DNA from: Octopus sinensis
Lineage: Eukaryota
Assembly: GCF_006345805.1 (NCBI RefSeq)
Contig: NC_042997.1
Span: 188,418,001-188,482,000, forward strand
Reading direction: 5' to 3'
DNA length: 64,000 nt
Positions within the stretch are counted from its first letter, which is position 1; every line of letters begins with the position of its first letter. Below are positions 1 to 11,874 of the stretch, in pieces. The notes under the pieces are model-generated. The model had not been told where the DNA came from, did not search any database, and saw nothing but the letters and a program-made list of their open reading frames with translations. The translations under genes and the position numbers were made by a program.

Positions 1-213
1 CTATAACAGGTGCATTATAAGTGTGTTAGTAATAATAAAACAATTAAAACAAAACATGGAAAATTAATATAAAGCCCAATAGATGAGAACTAGTGAAAGT
101 ATACAAAATTAACTGTTTGACTAGAAATTGAATAAATGCAAGAAAACATATTTTGCAACTATCACAATGTTCTCAAATATTGGAAGAGATAACATCTAGG
201 CACTATTACTCAC

Positions 214-312
214 GCAACAGATAGGGCTGACGGTGAAGGGGCAGGGTAGTCATGATTACCCGGCAGAGGGAGTGGGGTCGACCCCGGGGTATTCGGTGTG
301 GGTGGATAACCA
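214..312 (-). CDS. ZMIZ1: ZMIZ coding exon, 99 nt: (S)GYPPTPNTPGSTPLPLPGNHDYPAPSPSALSV(A), Pro-rich region preceding the Ala-rich tract
   Basis: Acceptor tttttcgttttAG|T GGT, donor GTT GC|GTGAGT. Phase 2/2 matches the previous exon; GC/CpG-rich relative to its flanks. Confidence 0.88.
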
Positions 313-1639
313 CTAAAACGAAAAATAAATAAGACAAAAGCAAATTAGGATTTCCCAAACAAATCAAAGTAAAAATGTCAATTAATATTGAGAATTGGTA
401 AAAAAAAAAAAAAAAAAAAAAAAATTCAATTAGCAACTAAAATCACAAGCATTGGAGTTATATAAGTAGAAAATTGCTTTAAAAATTAAAAATTAACACA
501 TCTGATATCCCCTAATAGAGTTTAGGATCTTCATAAAACCAATTCATGTTTTTTTTAAAATTAAGCTATGGATTAAAAATCACTTTGATTTTTGTGTATA
601 AAGTTTTAAATTGATATGTTGTAAAACTATTTTAGAATTAAGTGTAACAGATGAAACTACTTTAACAGGTTTAGATCACTAATTCTAAAACTTAGAGGTA
701 ATCAGGAATGTTTACATTATCTTAAATATGAATTAATACATTCCATATATCTATCATTCCAGTTGATCCAATAGTAACAAGCTACTGAACCAGTTGAAGT
801 AATTATAATACCCTACTATGGGAATGAGTAATTTTTGTGTCATTCATTAGAATATATATATGGAATTCTAACTAGGGCATATTCGCAACTACATAAGTAT
901 CTTTATGAGAGAACATTGAACGAAGTACAATAAATAATATATGAAAATTAAAATTTCATGAATAAACAGGATTAATAAATTACACAAAATGAAATTGATT
1001 TCATTAATACATCAGTATTTGAAGAAACTTCACAAATGCAATGTAATCATCCCCCATACACACATTCACACACACAAAGAAGCAGTTATCTTATATATAA
1101 GAAATACAAATACAATTAAAAAACACAAACATTATTATAAAAAAAAGCAATTTCCTGAATATTGGGGAAAAAAAAGTACATAACATTTAATGAATGGTTG
1201 TTAAATATGACTACGTGAGATTTTTTCAGTTGGCCTAAAAATTAGGTTTTTCTTTAGCAATTATAATAATTTAGTAACAATCATATATGAGAGAACTGCC
1301 AGCAATGAAATCTGATTTCACAATGTAATAAACAACAACAATGAAGCAATGCATATAATTTATAAAACAAATTCAATTATGATTGTTAATGAGCTAGGTA
1401 ACAAACTGTGTCTTTTGTTCTTCAATGAGTGTGTATTTATGTGTATGTATGCATATGAGTCCCTGAAGAAAACAGGTTAGTAGGGTTTATCCGTCTCATT
1501 GTTAAAATATTTTGACCTTTCCCATGAAAGACTTGCTAAAAAATACGCAAATACTTGTTTTCAAAAGGTTTAATTCTGTCTGAAAAGAGAGTTTGTTCTT
1601 TACAAATCATTCACTATTCATTAAAAAATACTTTTTATA

Positions 1640-2720
1640 TATATGTATTGCAGTTGTGTCTTACCAACATCAACTTTGCCTTTAATCTTTTCAGGGCTGT
1701 TGAAATAAAGTATGTTAAGTATGACCCCCACCACCAACTGATATTGACTAACCTCCTCCCACAGAATTTCAGGCCTTGTGCCTATAATGGAAACCACATT
1801 TATTATCATTATTATTATTATTATTATTATTATTAAGGTGGTGAGCTGGTAGACTTGTTGGCACACCGGATGAAATGCTTAGGAGTATTTCGCCCAGCAT
1901 TACATTCTGAGTTCAAATTTTGCCGAGGCTGACTTTGCCTTTCATCTCTTCGGGAGGGGGGTCAATAAATTAAGTACCAGTTGAGTACTGGGGTCAATGT
2001 AATTGACTAGTCCCCTCTCCACAAATTTCAGGCCTTGTGCCTATAATAGAAAGGATTATCGTTATTATAATTTTGGCAGAATCATTAGCACATTGCAAAA
2101 AATGCTTTGCGATATTTATGTTCTGGCCTTTGCATTCCAAGTTCAAATCCTTTCAGGGTTGATAAAAAGGTATCAGCCAAGTACTGAAATTGATGGTTAG
2201 AACCAGCCAGCTTCTCAAAATTTCTGGTTTTGTGCCTAAGTTAGAGACAACAACAACTATCATAACTAATATTTTGGTAGAAAAGGCTTAATGGTATTTG
2301 TTCTGGTTCTTTACATACTGAGTTTAAATTCTACCAACATCCAGTTTGGCTTTCATCCTCTTGGAGCTGATAAAACAAAGTGCCAATCAAGTACTGGGTT
2401 GATGGTATCAACTAATCCTCTCCTTTAAATATCAGGCCTTGTGTCTATATTAGAAACAATTCTTCTTCCTATTACTATTATACTAGGAAGGCATCAAACT
2501 GGCAGAACTGTTAGCACACTGGACAAAATGTTTAGCTGCATTTCACCTGTATTTACATTCTGAGTTCAAATTCTGCCATGGTTGACTTTACCTTTCATCC
2601 TTCTGGGGTCCATAAAAATAAGTACCAGTTGATCACTGGCATCAGTGCAGTTGACTAATTCCCTCCCCCTATTATAGGCTTTGTGCCTATAATAATAAAA
2701 GATTACTGTTATTATTACAA
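1640..2720 (+). repeat. Head-to-tail array of about 5 diverged copies of a third SINE family, separated by (TTA)-type tails
   Basis: Recurrent ttctgagttcaaatt...actttgcctttcatc...aagtaccagtt...caggccttgtgcctata motifs, with copies starting near 1640, 1836, 2072, 2272 and 2487. Confidence 0.8.
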
Positions 2721-3067
2721 TAAAAACAATTTGGTATTTTAGATTTAAGTAAACTAAGATGTTAAAATGCTTTACTTTAGCCACCTGCACAAGTGTGGGT
2801 GTATTTCTACCGTGTTAGACTCAGCTGAGTAGTTTTGCAAATTCTTTTATTGGCATAAATTTTAAGGTTGGATTGCATTAGTCACATGTCCTTCATAATG
2901 TTATCAATACAATATTGAAATTGTAGTCTTTGTAGCACAAGTGTTTTCTGACAGGTATACTGACACAAATAGCATAATGTCCTTCTTAACTGAAACCTCT
3001 ATTAGCACAATGAAAATATGCCTATCAAATAATTTTTTCAAATAACAAAAAAACGTTTCTATATGTG

Positions 3068-3099
<32 letters not shown>

Positions 3100-4208
3100 C
3101 AAAATAATAAATAAGACATATGCATATAGATGTAGGCATGTACATATATGTATGTATGTATATATGCATATGCTTATATATTATTTTGTTATATGATTGA
3201 ACGCCATGCATCCACTTCCAAGTATATATACACACACACAGACTCATATACATGCAATATACTTGTATACACATCTTCACATAAATGCATGTGTGTGTGC
3301 GCGCACAAGCACACATACATACAAATAAATAAATACAGTCATTAATAAATACAGCTGAATAGGAATGTTATGAAATAATATAGTTTATACAGAGAAAGAA
3401 TAAGGAAAACTGTCACCATGAGGCACAGGTGTTCATAAAGCTTAGTTCTTCTGAGTGCTGCAGTGAAAAATGTGTTCTTTCTCGCTTCTAATAATATACA
3501 CTTATCGGTCCCACCCCACCCACTCTCTTATGCAAGCATAACAGATTAATTTTGATTACAACCTGAATCCTCAATTCATTCAAAATAATGATAATAAAAA
3601 ATTTGTACACACATACACACACTCACAGAGTCTACCTATTATGCATAAATACATTGCATTTTTTTGCTGGCAAAGACAAGGAGTGGGAAAATGCAAATTA
3701 ATTCTCTCAACAATATAAACCACATTACTGTCCTGTTTTCCGAGGCAAATAGTAATAGTATGAAGGTTATTTACTACTATACAATAAGACAAATTATATA
3801 TACATTTTCCCAACTAACTCAGTAGTTAGTAATTATCAGAAATGAATGAAATAAGCATATTTTGAAATATTTCCAATCAAAAGAAGGATAGCAATTAAAG
3901 TTAATTGTAAAAATTATGTAAATCATCTTTTTCTTCTTTTTTTTTAAAAATTTAATTACTCCACTAGGTCTGTTTTAATGTCAATTAATCTTTCTCTTAA
4001 ATGATATTAAAATACACTTTATTATTTTTTTAAAGGGAAACAAGTGCCATCAACTGTCACCAAAATCACAGGTGACCAATTAATGAGAATAGGTTAAATA
4101 AAAGTTAATTAAAGTTCCCAATATTTGTTGTTGATTAAAATAATGATGAACAACCTGAAAAAAAAAATCTAAAACCTTACCAAGTTTTACTTTATTATTA
4201 TTATTAGG

Positions 4209-4212
<4 letters not shown>

Positions 4213-4252
<40 letters not shown>
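4213..4252. repeat. (GA)n microsatellite
   Basis: Direct reading. Confidence 0.95.
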
Positions 4253-4256
<4 letters not shown>

Positions 4257-6021
4257 GTTAATTATTTAAGCAGGCTTCCAAAGATCCCAGCCTTGATCCT
4301 TTGGGGAGTATCCTTCAGACTACCATCACTGCCCACTGCTCTTGCAATTACTTAGACTGCCTACAACTATTACTACTGCTACTACAATAATTTTTTGTTT
4401 GTTTGGTTATCTATCCAATGTAGTTTTTCAGAAGGATTATAACGTGCATAGACTACAAAGAGACATTTAGTGCAATATAAAAGCAAATCACTTCCGTGTG
4501 CATAACTATACACAGCAGTCATTCAAACCAACATGGAGAAAGGCTGAGTTGAAATACAGTGAGTAGTCAGAATATGATTGAAGTTTAAACATGATGTTGA
4601 TGCATGTAAGAATAAGGATTTTTAACATGGTCTAAGTAATAACTTGTTGGGAAAAGACAATCCAGTGAAGGAACATGATGAAATGATTTTGACTGAAAAC
4701 AGGTGTGGGACTAAAATTACATACAAGTTCTCCTTTCTTTAGTACATTCATGTTGGTTGTCTAACCAGATAAAAGCAAAGTTGACTTTGGCAAGGTTTGA
4801 ACTCAAAACCATCTTTCTCATTCTTTCTTTCTGATGCTTAAATATATAACACTAACTTGTACATGCACCCTAAAAAATCACCTCATTCTTCTGTAGCTTT
4901 CAGTCACTGGACTGGGTCATGCTAGAGCATTGCTTTTCCAGAGTTTTTAATCAATCACTTTGTTCCTTAGTACCTATTTCAGTCTGGTACATAAATAACT
5001 GGACAAATTACCACATTTTATGAAAAAAGATTTATCTCAACACACAGTTTTACATTCACACACACACACAGCCTTCATATAGTTTACATCTAGCAAGATT
5101 CACTTACAAGACATTTTTGACTGATTTGCAAACCATTCTGTTTAGATTTTGGTTAATTAGCTGCCTTTTTTATTTCTTGCTACTTTTATTTTTTTCTAGG
5201 TCTGGTATTAAACGATATACACAATTCTTTCTCCTTAAAGTTGTATTATTATTCTACAGTTCTTCCTAGCTGAAATGCTTGTAGCAACTCGTCAACACTT
5301 TAAATGGAATTCTACATACAAAATCTCAACAAACTTATCTACCAGTCATCGCTTTTCTGTCTGAATCAAAAAATATAGGCAGATATTGATTATTAAAGCA
5401 AAATAACTGCTTTCATCATATCTCTCAGTTTTTATTTTAATAAAAGAAAAAAGCCAAAAAAAAAAAAAAGAAAATGCAATGTTCCATTCTTTAACCATAA
5501 AACTCTGATCTTATGAAATTACTTACTTCCAATTAAGTAAAGAAACATTGCTTATGATGCAGCAGTGGCTTTTAGAGGAATGAATATTTGAGGACACTGG
5601 CTTGTTCTACTTCACAGGATTGAATACATAAAAAGAGTAAACAAGTGCTTGAATCAAGTTATTAACTATTGCTTTTTATAGATGTTTAGACGCTCCTCTT
5701 ATCTATTCTGCTAAGTTTTCTAAACATGTAGAAAGCAACTGCATTCCTTTGGAACAGACCAAACATAGCATATTAACTACGATTTAAGGAAGAGCATTTT
5801 TCTTCTCTTTTTTTTTGTTTAAGCAGAAGACATTAATTACAATATATGAAGTAAAAACTGCAAAGAAACCATCACAACATTTAACTCACAGTCTCTTACT
5901 TTCACTGATAGTCCTTCTGTAAATCTTTGCTAGAAACAACCTATGACCAGGCTTTTGATAAGCAAAAAACATTATCCTACACATACACATGCATTGTGCA
6001 TGTGTAGACATGCATTAAGAG

Positions 6022-6497
6022 CAACACACATTTTGCAGCAGACCTGTTGTTGACTCCTTGGACAACTTACCTTTTTACTGTGGTTGGTTGACCAATCCTC
6101 TTCATTTTGTCAAGGATTCATTTTGTCAAGGGCAGTGTTGAATGCAGCCTCTCTGCTAGGTGATAAAACTCTTGAGATCCCAAACAACCAAAAAAAAAAT
6201 TTGCAGTTCATATCTTGACACTGCTTGTGCGTTGTACCTCCAACCAAACTTTTAAGGAATAAATAACCAAGTTCATCTAACAGTAAGCAGATACAACAGA
6301 GCAGTATAATTCACTGCTGTCAACAGCAGCCCCACTTGAAGATTGACAAGAGTTTTATCACCTAGCAGAGAGGCTGCATTCAACACTGCCCTTGAGAAAA
6401 TGAATCCTTCATAAGGAAGAGGATTGGTCAACCAACCACAGTAAAAAGGTAAGACGCCCAAGGTGTCAATGACATGTATGCTGCAAAATGCGTGTTG
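6022..6497. mobile_element. Foldback/MITE-like element with about 150-bp inverted arms (6022-6174, 6347-6497)
   Basis: Arms are direct reverse complements (e.g. gggcagtgttgaatgcagcctctctgctaggtgataaaactcttg vs caagagttttatcacctagcagagaggctgcattcaacactgccc). No clear TSD. Confidence 0.8.
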
Positions 6498-8195
6498 TAT
6501 GGAAATCTGTGTTTGTCTTTGTAAAGAGTATATATGTTATTTTCATTTTTTTTTTCAAAGCTAACAAACACTGAACAGTCTTTTAAAGTCTGACTTTTAT
6601 CAGCCAGTTTTCTTTAAGAGCGGAATATATTACTTAACAGTAGTGCTGGCTATTTTCAGTTAAGTTGACTAGGACAAACAATGTTGTGTATCTTGTTTAT
6701 ATGCAAACAAAATGAACTTGGGTTTGTAATCCAACATCTTAATCATTCAATTATTCTACACATATATTTGAATACAGTCTATATGTTACTTTCTATAAGT
6801 CTATAAAAAGTCTGTACTAATTCTTAACTGCAGCATGATTTTTTTTAAACTTTACTTTTTAATAACATTTCTATCCCTGGGATTCTAAAGCAGAGAGATC
6901 ATCTGTTCTTCTGAAGCAAAAACAAACTACAACTTCAATAATAAACCTTACAGTATGTACAGCAACCATCAAAAGACCAATAAAGTTTCATCTCAACATA
7001 GTATCAGATATTATGCAATGGAGCAAGTTAAAATCTATTACTTGGTAGATGGCACATATTGAGAAAATTAAATAGAACCTCACCAGAATTGATTGATTAG
7101 AAACCATGGCATACAACGAAATAAGGTCATGTATTTCAAAAGAAAACAACATGGCTATTTTGACAGCTCTTCAAAGATACTGACACTATCAAGATGAAAT
7201 TATAGACAGTAATTTTCTTACGTGCAAAGTAAAGATTTGACAACTGTGGCAGCCATGAAAGTGGTGTGTTACATCAAAGTTTTTCTGTTACTCACAGCCA
7301 TTACAGACTAAAGAGTTTAGTCTACCCGCAGCAAAATGGATGCAGTTGTAAAGCTAAATAATCAGTACAACAACCAACTGTCCAGAAATACAGGTTTGAT
7401 TCAGTTAAAATATTTAATTAAATTCTTTTTTCATTTTTTTTTTTAAACCAGCAGTTGTTAGTTAATAAAATGTCTATTAAACAATGAGAAAAAGAGATGT
7501 TTGTAGAGTAAGCATTGTTTGATGTCAAGAACATTTCTACTTGAAGGTGCTGGTGACAAAACTCTCGATGCCGAAAACCCAGATGAAAATCTCAGTAACA
7601 ATATTGTTAACCAACATTGCAACTTCATAAACTGATACTTTATTTTTATTGCTCAAATAGAATCAGCAGAGCCAACTGGCTTTTATGAGAAGAATCCATC
7701 AATGGGTCAATAGAGATTATGTTTCTTTTGAAGAGTTCATGAGAGAATTTAAGGATTGCAGCAGTGAACCCTACTATTCTACCATTCTCTGTTATTATTA
7801 CTTATTGGACTGGGCAACAGAAAGACAATCGTCTTTGTGGAGTTTTGGCTGGTAAGGCCAGCATCCTAAAGAAGCAACCATTGGCGATTCTTAGAATGCA
7901 AACAACTTGATGAAAAAATATTCTCAAGATAAATTTTTAAATAAGAAGGGTGAGATGATTCATAAACTTGATGGAATATAAAGTATATTTGGTTTGTGAA
8001 TTTAGAAAAATCAGAATAAAATTTGAGAAAAACTAAGAGGATTTGTTTTGAAAATTAAAGAACAGAATAAAGATAGGGGAGAGAAATGGTACTTTTTCAT
8101 AGCTAATTTTAACATAAAATATATAATCTTAGGGTTAACAAGTGTAAGAATGGGGGTAAAAAATAGACATTTTATAAGAAACAATGCAAAATTAC

Positions 8196-8462
8196 CTTGG
8201 GCGGTTGTAGTTTGCTGATTCCCTTCTATATGGCATAGTTTGTTGATTAAACGCTGCCTTTTGCATCTGACTGCCAGCAAAACTTTGTGGTTGTTGGGTA
8301 TAATTTGGGGTAGACATAGTTGTGTTAGTGTAGCCAGGTGTGCTGTGAGTAAAAGGTCCACTTTGAGTGGTTTGAGTAACACCCCACACTGTAGTCACAA
8401 CAGAGAGAGACTGAGGAGTTTGGCCACCTTGGTTCCCTGTGGGCCATGCTGCATTAGGATCA
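8196..8462 (-). CDS. ZMIZ1: ZMIZ coding exon, 267 nt: DPNAAWPTGNQGGQTPQSLSVVTTVWGVTQTTQSGPF...ESANYNRP
   Basis: Acceptor ctttactttttAG|T GAT, donor CGC CCA AG|GTAAT. Contains the conserved SLSVVTTVWGVT motif; overlaps track ORF 8192..8500. Confidence 0.95.
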
Positions 8463-11400
8463 CTAAAAAGTAAAGAAATCGAATGCTTAAGAGTGTTCAA
8501 GAAAAAATATATATATCAGAAAAATATTTAAGGGTGATGTGAGGCCTTTGAGATTTTATAGGCTCTTGGTTTTCCGTTGACAAATTTAAATTAAAGAAAA
8601 ATAGAAACAGACGATTCCATTATAGATGGAATAAATAGTATAGTTTCTAGGTTACAATTAGAAGAAATGACAAAAGAAAAAAAAGACATTTTTTTTTCCA
8701 CTGACGGAAAACAAGAAAACGAGAGCTTTGAAGAATTCTTGAGTTAGAGTAAGTGGAATAATTTACAAAATTTAATCAATTCCTAAGAATATTAATTCTG
8801 AAAAGAGATAATACCACCAGAAGAATCTTATATGCATTAGTGCATCCATGGAGAACAAAGAGAGAGAAGAGTGAAGAAAAGTAGGCATTACAAAGTCGCA
8901 TAAATATCAAGAGGGAAAGCTTCAGCCAGAGTAATGCAACAGAACAATTTAAGGATAAAATTAAAAAGTGATAAAAGCTAAAAAAATCAAGCAAATCTTC
9001 ATTCAGTAATTAGAGGATGGTGATGACTATAATGTTGTCATTTGGATGTGTAAGTCGATATTTTTATATTTGATATGTAGGAAGGTAAGAATCAGAGTGT
9101 AATTTTATTAAAAAGGCATCTATTTTCTTTAGATATAATGTTTATTTGCAAATTTGTTTTGATTGCTTTTACCAATGAGAGTATTGATTCACTTAAGTGG
9201 AAGAAATTAGTCCCACAAGTTCCATGAATATATGGATGGTCTCAAGAAAGACAGGTAACAAGTTGTAGTAACACCACATCAGTTCAATATAGGGAAGAAT
9301 AATTTTTTTTAAATCCCATCAAATAGACCCATTATTATGTGTGAAAGGTGATACAGAATCTATGACATTTGTGGTGGTATTTGCATGTTACATGTATGTT
9401 ATAAAAATGCAGAGATGTATCAAAGACAATATTTTTCCTATAGCTATAAAGATGATGAGAAGCAGAGATTAAACCTATTCTTTACTTACTGACAAGTGGA
9501 TTATGTAACCCCTTGACTGGTTCTGAAAATCAACACCATAACTATTTCTTGGGTTGAAGGATAGAAAAAAGAAGTATAAAGGCAATACTTTTTCACTTCT
9601 ATAAATAAATGTTTGTAGATTACAGTTGGTGAGATTATAAACACAAATTATGTTAGCCTTAAATAAAATGTTTTGAGGGTTATTTGAGAATTTTGTGACA
9701 AGATATTAAATGAGATATTAAATATTTTAAAGTTTTTCTGAACATGCCACTCATATAGCCATTTGGATAATTCTTAACAATATCTATTACATAAGAAAAT
9801 ATATCCACAATAGAATTTTCTCAAGATTTCATTTGCAATGGGGAAAATGGCAGATATTTAGTTGAGGAAATAGAAACAAAACTGTATTATTGAGTTATAG
9901 ATGGAATGCGTATTTCTGCACATGTATCTACATATATAAATACAAATGCTAAGTGTGAATAATCAAAATTCACAAGAAAATATATTCGATACTGATGTTA
10001 ATGCTTGCTATTTTTTTTCCTATAATCAATTGAATGGAAGAAATTGAAAGCCAAACTGACAATAATGGAGTTAAGTTGCTCTTATGTATAAAAATAGATT
10101 TAAACATGCATATACTTCTTTTAACATGTTAGTGAAGGTTGAGAATAAGCAGTATTTGAAGAGAAATTAAACAAATGATTGACTGAATGAGTGTAAGATA
10201 GTGTTGTTAATAAAAGAAGGAAGCATGAATGGAGATTGCATGTTAGTAGTAGTAAGAAGAACAGTGGTTCAAAATAGAAGACCTTAGAACAAAGCTATTA
10301 TGGCTGCCTGTTAAAATTTGGGACAAAAAGCAAGAAAAAGGTATGAAAATAATAACATGCTTTGAATAATGAATCACAATAAGTTGCTTGACCAAACAAG
10401 ATCATTATTAGGGTTATCAGTTTTAACAATTATATTTCTTTTTACTTGAACCATTAATTAAGTTGAATTTGGCATTAAAGATAAGTGAGATTTGATCACA
10501 AAATCTGAAGTGTGTATCAGACAACAACTGTAAGAAAAAGTTAGCCATTTTAATATTTATGTGATCAAATGTCATACTTCACTTTTACAATAGATTGCAA
10601 AACGGTGAGAAATAGAAAGAGTAGCCAAAAGAAAACACATTCACAGAGACAGGCTCTAACACATATCAGGTTAATGATTTAAAATTTCAGAGCTTCATTA
10701 CCTGAGTTCCCATACAAGCTAAGAGTTAACTATACACATATGCATATGACCATATACAACTAGATAGACAGCAGCATAAATGACTTCTTTATCTTCCTCA
10801 TTTTCAGATGAGGAGTCTAATGAAGCATGTTTAAGAACTTTCTATGAATTAATTGGCACCAAAAGAGGCAATCATCAGTTTCTTCACATTCAGGATGTAT
10901 ATCCATTTCTCCATGCTAGCATGGGATGAAAATGTATGCAGTAGAACTGAATGCCTTTCCAGTAGCTAACACTTATTGGTTTTCAGCCCATCTTCAAAAT
11001 TGCTGGGGCAAAGGAGAATTTTTTTGGACAGAGAATGCTATTATAATGTCATTGTTCTTTCCATGCCCTCACATGGAATATAAACAACCACAGACATATA
11101 CACAAGCATTCAAACATACACATATATATATATATGATGGGCTTCCATATAGTTTCTGTTAACCGATTCCATTTACAAAGTATTGGTTGACTCAAGGCTG
11201 CAGTAGAAGACACTTGCTCAAGGTACCACGCGGTGTGAAAGAACTAGAGATTATGTGGTAATGAATTGAACTCCATATTCAAACAAACATGCCTGCACCT
11301 AGATATATATCAATCTTACTCAACCAATTATATTCCGACTCCCTACTGTAGCTTTATCCATTATCCAGTTTAAAGAAATGACAATACATTGGGGAAACTC

Positions 11401-11817
11401 CAGAGTGACAACTTATTACACATATACATAAACACACAACAGGCTTCCGTGCAGTTTCCACATTGATCAGCCTGGAGCTATAGTAGACAACTGCCCAAGG
11501 TGCTGTGCAATGGTACACAACCAGAAGTACTAGGTTGTGAAGAGTAGTTCTTCACACAAAAATGCTTGCATTCACACCCTCAAGATTATATAAACACACA
11601 CACACACACACAAATAGAGCTGCTATCAGTGAGGGTTGACTATGTATCTGCATGTGTGTCAGCTTGGGCAAAATTTTTTATTATAGAAGACTAACATCCA
11701 AGTCTCTCTTCTCCACATCTCCAGTGTTGGTGAGCTTGGTGGGGTTTGAAATCAGAGCAACAGAGTCAAAACAAATATACAAAGCACTCTATTCATTGTT
11801 CTGATAAACCTGCTAAT

Positions 11818-11819
<2 letters not shown>

Positions 11820-11872
<53 letters not shown>
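11820..11872. repeat. (CT)n(CA)n compound microsatellite
   Basis: Direct reading. Confidence 0.95.

Positions 11873-11874
<2 letters not shown>

Noticed and set aside
206-436. Track ORF MLIEFFFF...
   Set aside because: Wrong frame; it reads through the poly-T tract and acceptor. The real exon 214-312 is in another frame.
1555-3345. Several 65-93 aa ORFs rich in Y/I/H/C
   Set aside because: Derived from SINE copies and (TA)/(CA)/(TTA) microsatellites.
7540-7640. Protein-like plus-frame stretch LEGAGDKTLDAENPDENLSNN
   Set aside because: Short, with no supporting splice sites or start, and no recognisable homology.
8011-8473. Track ORFs 8011..8382 (-) and 8240..8473 (+)
   Set aside because: Alternative-frame and antisense shadows of the real ZMIZ exon.
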